DNA of 64,000 nucleotides from a bacterium (GTDB lineage Bacteria; 4484-113). The notes below the pieces were generated by a model, which worked only from the letters and a program-made list of their open reading frames with translations, was not told where the DNA came from and made no database searches. A program made the translations under genes and the position numbers. This document shows, one piece after another, positions 20,516 through 29,703 of this stretch (positions within the stretch are counted from its first letter, which is position 1; the number at the start of each line of letters is the position of its first letter). Location of the stretch: positions 8,017-72,016 of the forward strand of contig JAGGTK010000053.1 of assembly GCA_021163765.1 (NCBI GenBank), read 5' to 3'.

Positions 20516-21007
20516 ATGGAGAACGAAGTACCACGATGCCCCTATTGCGCCGAGCCACTAAGCGAGAACCTTGTCTGCAAGAGCTGCAACTTTGCATTCC
20601 AACGTTGCTCGCGCTGTGGGGCTTTAGTCGTTGCGGGCGTTAATAAGTGCCCGCAATGCGGTGAGCCCATCGTCCCCCTGAAATCCCCTGAACCTGGCAC
20701 GCCGGCATCCGGGCGCAGAGGCGACTTGCCCGTCTGGTTTGACCCTCTAGGCATTGGTTCAAAACTGCTTCTTGCGTACTTCACGCTTGGCGCGATTTTC
20801 GCCGCGATAATTACGGTTTTCATGTACCGAGCACGTATCCGATTTATAAATGAGTTCAGTGACCTGTTTTCCCAACTCGGGCTAAGCAGCGGCACCGGAT
20901 ACTACTATGACATTGGGCTAGCGATAGGCTTGACCTCTTTTACGCTCTTTACCATCGGTGCAGTCTCACTCATCATCCTGCGTGTGCAGCGAGGTAAGCG
21001 GCAGTGA
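20516..21007 (+). CDS. double zinc-ribbon membrane protein (paralog B)
   Basis: CPYC..CKSC..CSRC..CPQC then two TM helices; ATG 20516 just after paralog A stop. Confidence 0.6.
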   Translation: MENEVPRCPYCAEPLSENLVCKSCNFAFQRCSRCGALVVAGVNKCPQCGEPIVPLKSPEPGTPASGRRGDLPVWFDPLGIGSKLLLAYFTLGAIFAAIITVFMYRARIRFINEFSDLFSQLGLSSGTGYYYDIGLAIGLTSFTLFTIGAVSLIILRVQRGKRQ

Positions 21008-21714
21008 GAACAGAACTTAAATGCCCCAATTGCGGCACAGAGCTTGGCGCGGCGACGCTTCGCTGCGAGCATTGCGAGATCACGTTCGTCAGGTGCGAAG
21101 GCTGCGGCAGGCTTCAACCGGAATGGGTGAGCATTTGCGCGTATTGCGGCTCGCCGGTGCATGGCGGTATCTCGGTAGACGCTGGGAAAAAGCGGGCAAT
21201 TGAAGTTGATGACGAATCAGCGCAAGCGGTTCCCTCGCCTTTAAGTAAGCCAAGAAAGCCTACAATTCGCGAGCGCCTTCACCGGTTGGACACAAAGGCG
21301 CGAGAGAAGATACGGTCAAAAATGCCCCATACGAAACCTCCGCGCCGGCAGATTACGGGTCCCCTCACCGGGGACGAGCCAGTTCCGAGCATAACGACCA
21401 AGCGAGCGCGCCATGTTACGCACGACTTTGACCCGCTGGTTGCGCAAGAGGAGCTCCGAAAAGAAGAGCAAAAGCGGATGAAGCGCTGGCGGGAAACCGA
21501 GCGGCTAAATCCGAATTGGTTCTATAAGCAGTCTGCCGTGCCGGCTATGCTTGTTCTTCTCGGGCTAATGTGGGCATATGGGAGCTTCCGGTATTCAGCC
21601 AGGAGCTATGGTGAGCCCGATATTACTTGCTACATTCCGCACATACTGATTGGCGTGGGGTTTCTGTGGATAGTAATCCTGGCTCTAATCGACCGCATCC
21701 GGCCGATCAGATAG
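21004..21714 (+). CDS. double zinc-ribbon membrane protein (paralog C)
   Basis: CPNC..CEHC..CEGC..CAYC then basic linker and two TM helices; GTG start overlapping stop of paralog B (GTGA). Confidence 0.6.
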   Translation: MRTELKCPNCGTELGAATLRCEHCEITFVRCEGCGRLQPEWVSICAYCGSPVHGGISVDAGKKRAIEVDDESAQAVPSPLSKPRKPTIRERLHRLDTKAREKIRSKMPHTKPPRRQITGPLTGDEPVPSITTKRARHVTHDFDPLVAQEELRKEEQKRMKRWRETERLNPNWFYKQSAVPAMLVLLGLMWAYGSFRYSARSYGEPDITCYIPHILIGVGFLWIVILALIDRIRPIR

Positions 21715-21863
21715 AGCAAGCCATCCCAACGGCAGCAGAGACGAGACGCACAGCCAGCGAGGATTATTAAGCCGCAAAGGAACCGAGCAAGTTCACGCAA
21801 GGCCCCCTGGTGCCGCTGCTGCAATACCAAAGGGGGCCGGAGTGTGTGTGTCACCGCTGGCGA

Positions 21864-23102
21864 CTAGTTGTCCGATGGAGTATTTTGGCTGATGATCCCA
21901 GGATGCCCGGTGCCGTCCGACGCGTTTTCGGAATCGTGGCCTCTTGACAGATTCACGCCACCGCTGTCCGCTTCGTGCGGCTGCCAGCTGCTGGTGACAA
22001 TCATACTCTTGTCCCGACGCTGCGCCAGAAGGTCGTCATACCAGAACGCCTCGTCGTCACGGTAAAAGACAAGGAACTTTCCCTCCCTGCTGGCATCTCT
22101 GGCGCGGTGATACTTCACGTAGATATGCTTGCCGGTCACCCCAACAACCTCTATTTTGCCACGCTCGTGGCTCATCACATATCGCACTCGCCGGGCCAGC
22201 CCGGATACCCGGTACTTGGCATATTCGATGAGGAAGTAGCATCTGGTGATGGGCACAGCATAAGGGAAGTTGCCAGTGGTTGGCCTGCACTGGAAGAAAT
22301 AATAGGGGACCGCGCCGCAGGCCATGAGCTCGTTCATCAGTTCAACGAGCACGTCCACGTCATCATTTACCCCCTGTATGATGGGTGTCTGGTTACATAC
22401 AACTGCACCTGTTCGAAGCAGCGCGCCTATTGAAGCCCTTGCGACATCAGTTAGCTCACGCGGGTGATTGAAGTGAGACATCACATATATGCGCTGGCGC
22501 CCGGTGTTGTAGCGTTCCAGGAGATTGAGAAGCTCGCGGTCGTTGATAATCCTCTGAGGGAAATAAGCAGGCAGCTTGCTGCCTAGCCGTATTGCGCGAA
22601 CATGGTCTATTGCAGACAGCCCTTCTATTATCTCTGTAAGCCGACGAGTGCTTAACATCAGGGCATCGCCGCCGGTTACCAGCACATTCGAAATCTCAGG
22701 ATGTCGCCGAACATATTGCAGCGCCGCTGGCAGGTTAAGAGCGGTCTCTCTTTTCTCCTTGTCCACAAACAACCGCTTGCGGAAACAGAAGCGGCACTGC
22801 CCACCGCACACTTCACTGGCAAGAAAGAGTGCGGTGTCAGAGTATTTATGCTGAACTCCCGGCATTACCGTGCTTAAGGCCTCGTTACTGGGGTCCCTGC
22901 GACCCCATGAGAGTGTTTCCTCCTCGGTCGGCACTACAATTCGACGGATAGGATCATAGGGGTCTTCCCAATTAATCAATCCCAGGTAATAGTCTGTGGC
23001 CAGGAAACGATACTTATCCTGCACGCGAAGCAGCCGCGCTTGCTCGTCTTCGGGCATTTGCGCGACTTTACGAATGTCTTTCAGAAACTTCACTTTTACC
23101 AT
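21864..23102 (-). CDS. KamA-family radical SAM protein (lysine 2,3-aminomutase-like)
   Basis: CGGQCRFCFR motif diagnostic of KamA/EpmB family; GGAGGAGG RBS before ATG 23102 (ORF open from 23270). Confidence 0.82.
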   Translation of the reverse strand: MVKVKFLKDIRKVAQMPEDEQARLLRVQDKYRFLATDYYLGLINWEDPYDPIRRIVVPTEEETLSWGRRDPSNEALSTVMPGVQHKYSDTALFLASEVCGGQCRFCFRKRLFVDKEKRETALNLPAALQYVRRHPEISNVLVTGGDALMLSTRRLTEIIEGLSAIDHVRAIRLGSKLPAYFPQRIINDRELLNLLERYNTGRQRIYVMSHFNHPRELTDVARASIGALLRTGAVVCNQTPIIQGVNDDVDVLVELMNELMACGAVPYYFFQCRPTTGNFPYAVPITRCYFLIEYAKYRVSGLARRVRYVMSHERGKIEVVGVTGKHIYVKYHRARDASREGKFLVFYRDDEAFWYDDLLAQRRDKSMIVTSSWQPHEADSGGVNLSRGHDSENASDGTGHPGIISQNTPSDN

Positions 23103-23428
23103 AGGCCCCTCCTTCCAGCCATACACGAGCTGGCTCAAGACCACCCGGCGTCGTGCCGAATCCTGGGCGGTTTCTCGCCGCAGCGCACGCGCCGCATTTC
23201 GACGATCGGTCGCCTTGCCTGCGAATACGCAACTAAAGCGCCCGCACATCACTTCGTCGAACTCGTTCAAGCCCTACCGCAGAAACAAGCAGGTACCAGG
23301 CATTTAGTAACCGAGCCTTTGTTCGCCCATCGTTCGTTCGACGGCCTGATTTAATTATAACTCAGAATACGCTTCTATTTCAAGGCTCGCTTGAAATGCC
23401 TCTGGTGTTCTATCATACTTAATCCTTG

Positions 23429-24301
23429 ATGAGCAGCAACAATGCGCTATGCATAAATGAAGAATTCCAGGCCTTGCTCTCCGACTATACACACGGCGCA
23501 GCAGTACTCACGCGCCATCTGTTACAGTTGATAATAAACCTGAGCGGCAGTGTGAACATTGTGCAGAACGACCTTGAGCAAGCCCTCGGGCTGCTTCGAA
23601 AGGCGCATCCTGAAATGGTCTCGCTCAGACAGGCCATTGCGCTAATTCTGAAGCGCGTAGAAGAAGGAACAGATGCGGGCAATGCATCCCAGGAGCTTGA
23701 GCACAAGTGGAATGCGCACCTGGAACGTGTAACTGAGATAGCTGCCGCATATCTGGCGCAGCATAAGCGAGTCCTCACCATAAGCTACTCAGGATTAGTG
23801 CGCGATGCGATTCTGAAGGCAACAGCCCAGGGCAGCATTATAGAAGCCTATTTGGGTGAAGGTCGCCCTAAGTATGAAGGCCTGACTTTCGCTCGTGAGT
23901 TAGCCAATAAAGGCGTCCCCTGCACGGTCTTCGCGGACGCAGCATTTTCCAGCTTTTATAATGAAATAGACTGCGTTCTAGTCGGCGCAGATGCGGTTGG
24001 CCCAAGCTCACTGCTCAACAAGATCGGCACCACGGCGATACTCCGTGAAGCGCGGGCGCGTGATATCCCTTCGGCAGTGGCATACGATTTCCTGAAGGTA
24101 GTTGAGGACGGCGGATTCCCGGACTTAATCGCCGAGTATCCGGCTGAAGAGCTGCTTGCAGGCGGATTGGCTCCACAGGGGGCTGACGGCGATGCAGGCC
24201 CAATCCGGCTTCCAAACTGTTTGCGCGCTGTCAACCGCTACTTTGAGGAGGTACCGCTCCACCTGATCGATGTGGAGCTTACAGATTCACAGCAAGAATA
24301 A
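23429..24301 (+). CDS. eIF-2B alpha/beta/delta-like family protein (ribose-1,5-bisphosphate / MTR-1-P isomerase family)
   Basis: IF-2B family core (ISYSGLV, GEGRP, VLVGADAV). Confidence 0.7.
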   Translation: MSSNNALCINEEFQALLSDYTHGAAVLTRHLLQLIINLSGSVNIVQNDLEQALGLLRKAHPEMVSLRQAIALILKRVEEGTDAGNASQELEHKWNAHLERVTEIAAAYLAQHKRVLTISYSGLVRDAILKATAQGSIIEAYLGEGRPKYEGLTFARELANKGVPCTVFADAAFSSFYNEIDCVLVGADAVGPSSLLNKIGTTAILREARARDIPSAVAYDFLKVVEDGGFPDLIAEYPAEELLAGGLAPQGADGDAGPIRLPNCLRAVNRYFEEVPLHLIDVELTDSQQE

Positions 24302-24306
24302 AAAAA

Positions 24307-24327
24307 GTGCCGCGACTTGCGCGGCAC
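24307..24327 (-). terminator. intrinsic terminator hairpin GTGCCGCG-n5-CGCGGCAC followed by U7 on the minus strand
   Basis: 8-bp GC-rich stem, 5-nt loop, A7 on plus strand = T7 on minus strand immediately after the hairpin. Confidence 0.6.
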
Positions 24328-24890
24328 ATCTACCCCAGACCTCCTGGCGGAGGCCCCACAATTAACAAATATACCGACCACGCCTCAACAGGCGAATTCC
24401 CCGAAGGATGTATAGATGACTCCTAAGAACCGCCTACACCTTCCTCCTAAATACAGGCTCTGATGTCTCCCCGGAACGCTTTGTAGCAGCATTGCTGAAC
24501 CTTGCGGAACAGCATTGTTGCCCCGAGACGTTCCCTTTGACACGGCGAAGTCTTCCTCCCGAAGGAGGAAGCTGATTACGCCGGCTCTCCGCAGTTATCA
24601 GCAGCCACCGCATTTGCACCGAAGCGCGAATGCCTGTGATGTCGACGCCCTGCTGGGATACACCGTGGCCTTTCTTTCAAAGAACTCACCCTCCGCGTGG
24701 TCGGGGTATACCGAATTAAATAATACCGGACAGGGGGACGGGTTACAAGGGGTTAGCACGTTAAATACGCTGGGCAACTTATCAACACCTTCTGCCACAG
24801 TCATTATTTTCTTCGCAACCGCAACGAATCGCTCCCTGCTGTCCCCCTTGGACTACCTTTTATTGGCTACGCCGCCACGCCGTGCCCGTA

Positions 24891-26285
24891 TCAGCCGATT
24901 TTGTGGATTGCGTGCCCGTTGACGTCCAAGGCCGCTTCGCCGATAGCTTCGGCAAGTGTTGGATGCGCACGCACAAGCTGCTGGTATTCAGCCAGCTTCA
25001 TGCGTGCGGCGAGTGCCACCTCAGCCTCGTGTATCAATTCGCCCGCCATCGGCCCGACCATATGCATACCGAGCATCTCATCGCTGTCTTCATCCGCTAC
25101 GACGATCACGAGGCCAACCGCCTGGTTCATAGCCATGGCTCTGCCATTCGCGCCAAAGAAGAACCTGCCTGTCTTCACCTTGTGACCTTTCTCTGCTGCC
25201 TGCTGCTCCGTCAATCCGATGCTGGCCACTTCCGGCGACGTGTAGACCACTGCGGGAACGAGCCGCGACTTGGGATGCGGGAAACCCGCAAGCACCTCAG
25301 CGGCCGCCACACCCTCGTGGCTTGCTTTATGCGCCAGCATCAATCCGCCTATTACATCTCCTATCGCCATCACGTTGGGCACGGCTGTGCGATACTCGTC
25401 GTTGACCTTTATAAAGCCTTTCCTGTCGGTTTCAACGCCTATTGCGCCAAGGTTTAGAGTATCTGTAACTGGTGCCCGCCCTACTGAAAGCAAAACGAGT
25501 TCGGCATCGATTGTGCCGGTGAACTTGCCCTCCACAGATAGCGCAACGCCCTCCCCGGAAATCTCCAGCGAGGTCACTTTGCTCTCCAGGTGAATCGCAA
25601 TCTTATCCTTTTTCAACTGCCGCACGAGCGTTTTCGCCAGCTCAACGTCCATCCCAGGCAGCGCCTGCGGCATAATCTCCACAAAGCAAACCTCCGTCCC
25701 CAGCCGTGCATAGACGCTGCCAAGCTCCAGGCCAATAGCGCCTGCTCCGATGACAGCCAGCGACTTGGGAATACCGGGCAGCGAAAGCGCCTCTGTGGAG
25801 GTAATCACGCGTTCCCCGTCCGGTTTGATGTGCGGGAGCGTTGCAGAACGGGAGCCTGTAGCGATTATGAAGTTATCCGCGATTATCTCGGATTTTTGCC
25901 CATCCGCATATGAGACTCCAAGTGCACGTTCATCCTTGAATTGCGCATCACCGAAATACAGGGCCACGCCGTTCTTCTTGAGAAGAACCTCGACACCGCG
26001 CGTAAGCTGATGCACGACCTTCTCTTTGCGTGACTGCATCGCTTGCCAATCGTGGGTCACACCCGTGGCATTCACTCCCCGCAAGGCCCCGTGCTTCACA
26101 ACTTCGTAATAGAGATGCGTGTCTTCAAGCAAGCACTTGCTGGGGATGCATCCCACATTTAGACACACACCACCCCAGTACCGGCGCTCGATAATAGCCA
26201 CACTGAGACCAAGTTGGGCAGCGCGGATTGCCGCGACATACCCACCGGGACCGGCGCCGATGACCGCTACATCGTATCGTTCCAT
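24891..26285 (-). CDS. lpdA: dihydrolipoyl dehydrogenase
   Basis: FAD-binding VIGAGPGGY, redox-active disulfide GGVCLNVGCIPSK, C-terminal dimerisation domain. Confidence 0.9.
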   Translation of the reverse strand: MERYDVAVIGAGPGGYVAAIRAAQLGLSVAIIERRYWGGVCLNVGCIPSKCLLEDTHLYYEVVKHGALRGVNATGVTHDWQAMQSRKEKVVHQLTRGVEVLLKKNGVALYFGDAQFKDERALGVSYADGQKSEIIADNFIIATGSRSATLPHIKPDGERVITSTEALSLPGIPKSLAVIGAGAIGLELGSVYARLGTEVCFVEIMPQALPGMDVELAKTLVRQLKKDKIAIHLESKVTSLEISGEGVALSVEGKFTGTIDAELVLLSVGRAPVTDTLNLGAIGVETDRKGFIKVNDEYRTAVPNVMAIGDVIGGLMLAHKASHEGVAAAEVLAGFPHPKSRLVPAVVYTSPEVASIGLTEQQAAEKGHKVKTGRFFFGANGRAMAMNQAVGLVIVVADEDSDEMLGMHMVGPMAGELIHEAEVALAARMKLAEYQQLVRAHPTLAEAIGEAALDVNGHAIHKIG

Positions 26286-26575
26286 AAGTCAGTATCTCCT
26301 TGATACTTGTAGATACAGGATAATTCTAGCATCCTATCAATCAGGCTCTAACTGACCTCTGGTTAAGTAAGCCTGGCCGGGCGCTCTTTCGCCATCAATC
26401 GAAAACCGGCTGGCGGCTCAGCCGATTTGGGCTTTACTAGCATCATTGGCGCTAAAGCGGTAGAATAAATAGGAGAGGATTAATCAGGACGCCAAGGAGC
26501 AGTTTGTGGCCGTTTTGGTGTCCTGAGTGAAATCCACCGGTCCGGCTTTATCTTTTCAGGGAGGACTCGCTGGGA

Positions 26576-27517
26576 ATGGCCGAAAAGTCGCCTGCTGACC
26601 TGATTCGGGAAGCAATGGAGCATCTTGATCAACCCACCACTCCTTCGGAGATCGTTCGATACGTCAGCAAAAGGTATCCGAAAATCGATGAATCCAAGAT
26701 ACGCTCGCAGGTAACTATCTGTTGCGTGAACATGCCTACACGCGTCAGCTTCCCGGAAAACCACAAGCCGCGCGTAGCCGACAACCCTGAACTAGACTGC
26801 CTTTACCGCGTAGACTTCGGGCAATATGTCTCGTATGACCCGGAGCAACACGGCTATTGGGAGATATCGGAGGTTAATGGTGAGCTTGCTGTACGTAAAA
26901 CGGAAGCTAAACCTTCCGGAGCCAAGCCTGATAAGGACAAGGCTGCGCCCGTCAAGGAGAAGGCACCCGAGCCGAAGATAAGCTCCAAGGCCGAACCTGT
27001 AGCCGCGCCAGGCGAAAAGGCCGAAGCTGAGCCTGCGCAAGCTGCGGCCCCTCGGGAGCCTGCCAAGCCTCACCCGCCTGCGAAGGCCAGGCCAGCGCAG
27101 GCGCCTGAGAAGGAGAAAATCGCTCGCAAACAAGACAAGGAGGCGGAACCCGAAATGGATATTCATAAAGCCCTGGCATCAAACCTCAGTGAGGTCGAGG
27201 ACGGCCTTAAACCTCTGACCGGTGATCCGGTTGCTGGTAAGTTCCCTGCAAAGCTCACCGATGCTGACTTTCTCGCTCAAGGACGAGACGGAGCCCTGGT
27301 CATTGTCAAGGTCTTTGACAGCCCGCCTGGACAGCAGGTGGTTACTGACCTGCTCGTCAACCTGGGCTGGGCTCACGAGCAGATGAAGGAACGCAAGGTG
27401 CGCGCAATTATCCTGTCGCCTGAGATTCCTGACGAACTCCGCTTCGCTACCAGAACCGTTCCCGACATCAAGATAATGACGTACGAGTACAAGCTGGTAT
27501 TCTCCGCTGTGGGGTAA
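26576..27517 (+). CDS. HARE-HTH domain protein with Lys/Pro/Ala/Glu-rich linker and NucS/PD-(D/E)xK-like C-terminal domain
   Basis: N-terminal DLIREAMEHLDQPTTPSEIVRYVSKRYP resembles HARE-HTH; C-terminal DFLAQGRDGALVIVKVF..AIILSPE resembles NucS/DUF91 nuclease core (catalytic E replaced by V). Confidence 0.55.
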   Translation: MAEKSPADLIREAMEHLDQPTTPSEIVRYVSKRYPKIDESKIRSQVTICCVNMPTRVSFPENHKPRVADNPELDCLYRVDFGQYVSYDPEQHGYWEISEVNGELAVRKTEAKPSGAKPDKDKAAPVKEKAPEPKISSKAEPVAAPGEKAEAEPAQAAAPREPAKPHPPAKARPAQAPEKEKIARKQDKEAEPEMDIHKALASNLSEVEDGLKPLTGDPVAGKFPAKLTDADFLAQGRDGALVIVKVFDSPPGQQVVTDLLVNLGWAHEQMKERKVRAIILSPEIPDELRFATRTVPDIKIMTYEYKLVFSAVG

Positions 27518-27539
27518 GCGCACAGCGCAAGCAGCGCCT

Positions 27540-28526
27540 TTATTCAAACCTCAGCGTCTTACGGAGCTCCTGGTTGTAGGCTTGTGCCTGCGTAAGGCTG
27601 GCTTTCCAGAATTCTTCTCCTCTCTTCTCTTGTGCGATGTCCGAGTTAGCATAAGCGTATAGCAATGCCCTGCTCGCGGGAAACAACGCCCAGTTTCGTC
27701 CCCCGGTGAACGCCGAAGCATTAGCCATTGTTCCGCCCTGGGCTCCCACTCCCGGCACGAGGAAAAGCGCGCCGGGAAACACTTCCCTTATGCGCTCACC
27801 CATTACCGGGCGGAGAGCACCTGCAACCAAACCGAGATTCGCAGGCTCGGCTTCAAGACCGTTAGCCATAACAATGTCGTTGGCAGCCCTGGCCAGAAAC
27901 CTCCATAACGGCTCACCGGCCACCTGCGACTCCATTATCTGCTCGGCACCTGGCGCGGTCGGGTAAGTCAGCAGGAATATTCCCTTGCCTTGCTTCAGAT
28001 ACGGCAGGAACAGCTCCCAGGTGTCAGTGCCAACGAGCGGATTGACCGTCATCGCATCCGCCTCCATCGAAAGAGGATTCCCGGTATCCGTTAGGTAGGT
28101 GTTCAGGTAGCGCGTGAAAGTCGAGCCGATATCCCCGCGCTTCGCGTCCATTATCACAATCAGGTCCAGCTCTCTGCACAGACCAATCAGCGTGGACAGA
28201 ATATGGAGACCAAAGGGTCCCACCTCCTCGAAGTATGCAATCTGGAATTTTACGCCCAGCACTTCGTTGCGCAGAGCGAATATCGTTTGAGCGGCGAAGT
28301 TGAGCAACAATAAGTAGGCCTGCTTAAAATCATCAGGAAGTGGCATAGCCTCGTGCATCCTCGGAAAGGGCAGCGATTCCAGTATGCGAGCCGGCTCGTT
28401 GTCCAGCTTGATCCTCTGCCCTGAGAAATCATCCCTTAGTCGACCGAAATCCGGGTCCATTCCCAAAAGCAGAAGTGTGCGCCTGCTTCTGGATGCCGAG
28501 ACAGCTCTTTGAGCAAAGGACATCAT
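27540..28526 (-). CDS. pyrF: orotidine 5'-phosphate decarboxylase (type 2)
   Basis: DAKRGDIGST active-site motif; GGGAGGA RBS before ATG 28526. Confidence 0.85.
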   Translation of the reverse strand: MMSFAQRAVSASRSRRTLLLLGMDPDFGRLRDDFSGQRIKLDNEPARILESLPFPRMHEAMPLPDDFKQAYLLLLNFAAQTIFALRNEVLGVKFQIAYFEEVGPFGLHILSTLIGLCRELDLIVIMDAKRGDIGSTFTRYLNTYLTDTGNPLSMEADAMTVNPLVGTDTWELFLPYLKQGKGIFLLTYPTAPGAEQIMESQVAGEPLWRFLARAANDIVMANGLEAEPANLGLVAGALRPVMGERIREVFPGALFLVPGVGAQGGTMANASAFTGGRNWALFPASRALLYAYANSDIAQEKRGEEFWKASLTQAQAYNQELRKTLRFE

Positions 28527-28545
28527 CACATCCTCCCGGTAGTAA

Positions 28546-29235
28546 CTACAAAACGGCAGGGCGCAGGTAAGCGACATCCGCCCAGGGCCGAGCCCGCCCC
28601 GCAGAAACCTCCTGCACCATCATTGCCGCCATTCCCCGAATATCCACAACGTTCTCTCGCAGCACTGCATCAACGCGTGCCGGCGTTTCGCCCTTATTTA
28701 GTGTAGCAAAGACCTGATCAGAGTCAGTCACAACAAGCACGTTTGAACTGAGTGCGACTCCGGCAAGGCGTTCGAACAATCCCGGTATTTCCGCCGCAGA
28801 TAGCTCGCGCTCAGGCTCCACGGAGATGGCGGCTGTCCCATCAGGACTGCGTTCAAAAACACCCACGAAGTACGCCTTCCGCCTGCCGCAGCGAACCACA
28901 GAAACGTTCGGAGTCTCAAGTATCGCTATTGCTGCCGCAGTCTGAAGGCTGCTAACCGCTATTACAGGCAACGAAAGAGCCACTGCCATCCCGTTCGCAA
29001 AGGCCACTCCCGTCCGAGTGCCAATAAACGAGCCAGGGCCAATCCCAACGCCCAGATGAGTTATGTCACCGCGCTCAGCGCCAGCGTCGCCCAGACATTC
29101 CGTTAAAAGATTAGACAGCCGAGAAGCGTTGTCCGGTGTGTGCTCAAGAACTCCAGCGCTCAGAATGCGGCCCTCACCGTCCGCGAGGGCTACCAGCAAA
29201 CTGTTTCCCGAAGTATCAATCAGCGCGTAGAGCAT
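28546..29235 (-). CDS. tsaB: tRNA threonylcarbamoyladenosine biosynthesis protein TsaB
   Basis: MLYALIDTSGNSLLVAL start, GVGIGPGSFIGTRTGVAFANG motif; longer ORF to 29454 overlaps tsaE and is unlikely. Confidence 0.82.
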   Translation of the reverse strand: MLYALIDTSGNSLLVALADGEGRILSAGVLEHTPDNASRLSNLLTECLGDAGAERGDITHLGVGIGPGSFIGTRTGVAFANGMAVALSLPVIAVSSLQTAAAIAILETPNVSVVRCGRRKAYFVGVFERSPDGTAAISVEPERELSAAEIPGLFERLAGVALSSNVLVVTDSDQVFATLNKGETPARVDAVLRENVVDIRGMAAMMVQEVSAGRARPWADVAYLRPAVL

Positions 29236-29698
29236 TAAGCATCTCCGACGGAAATACTCCCGTTTCAGCCGAGATTGTAAGGCTGCGCTCGCACTCATCC
29301 GCCCCTTGTCCGAAGCGAATGGTAATTCTGGGCGCTGAGACCTGCAAGCCAAAACGGTCCGCCCATTCGACAGCCACCACAGCATCATCGGGCAGGTCCT
29401 CGGCCAGGCCCAAAGGGACCGTCTCAACCAGGGAGGAGAGGCGAAACAGGTCAACGTGGCGCAGTGGCCTGTCCCCCTCAGAATAGTCCTTCATAAGCAA
29501 GAATGAGGGGCTGGTAACGACGCTGTTTATTCCTAATCCCTGTGCAAGTCCTTGAACAAATGTAGTCTTGCCTGAACCGAGCGGCCCAATCAGCAGTAAA
29601 ACCACCAAGGACACAGGGAGTTGAGCAACCAGGCGCGCTGCCACAGCTCGTGTTTCGTCCGCTGACCTGGTTGTGAGCACGATGTCCCTCGAGCACAT
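29216..29698 (-). CDS. tsaE: tRNA threonylcarbamoyladenosine biosynthesis ATPase TsaE
   Basis: P-loop GPLGSGKTTF, YjeE family size (160 aa). Confidence 0.85.
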   Translation of the reverse strand: MCSRDIVLTTRSADETRAVAARLVAQLPVSLVVLLLIGPLGSGKTTFVQGLAQGLGINSVVTSPSFLLMKDYSEGDRPLRHVDLFRLSSLVETVPLGLAEDLPDDAVVAVEWADRFGLQVSAPRITIRFGQGADECERSLTISAETGVFPSEMLNALRAD

Positions 29699-29703
29699 AT
29701 TAA

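Noticed and set aside
24330-24890. tmRNA, RNase P RNA or SRP RNA in the long non-coding stretch
   Set aside because: Hallmark motifs (tmRNA T-arm GGUUCGAUUCC / tag-peptide ending, RNase P P4 GGAAAGUCCGG, SRP domain IV GGAAGCAGCCAAGG) were not found on either strand; kept only as a generic structured-RNA candidate.
24515-24922. 135-aa plus-strand ORF and 68/61-aa minus-strand ORFs in the non-coding stretch
   Set aside because: Low-complexity, Arg/Pro/Ser-rich translations without motifs or RBS; typical spurious ORFs in GC-rich DNA.
26286-26575. imperfect hairpin GGACGCCAA…TTGGTGTCC upstream of the HARE-HTH gene as a riboswitch
   Set aside because: Single stem with a 20-nt loop and a G-U wobble; no match to any riboswitch consensus I know, so too weak to report.
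28526-29454. longer versions of pyrF (start 28577) and tsaB (start 29454)
   Set aside because: The extensions overlap the upstream genes extensively and lack homology; internal ATGs with RBS (28526, 29235) match family N-termini.
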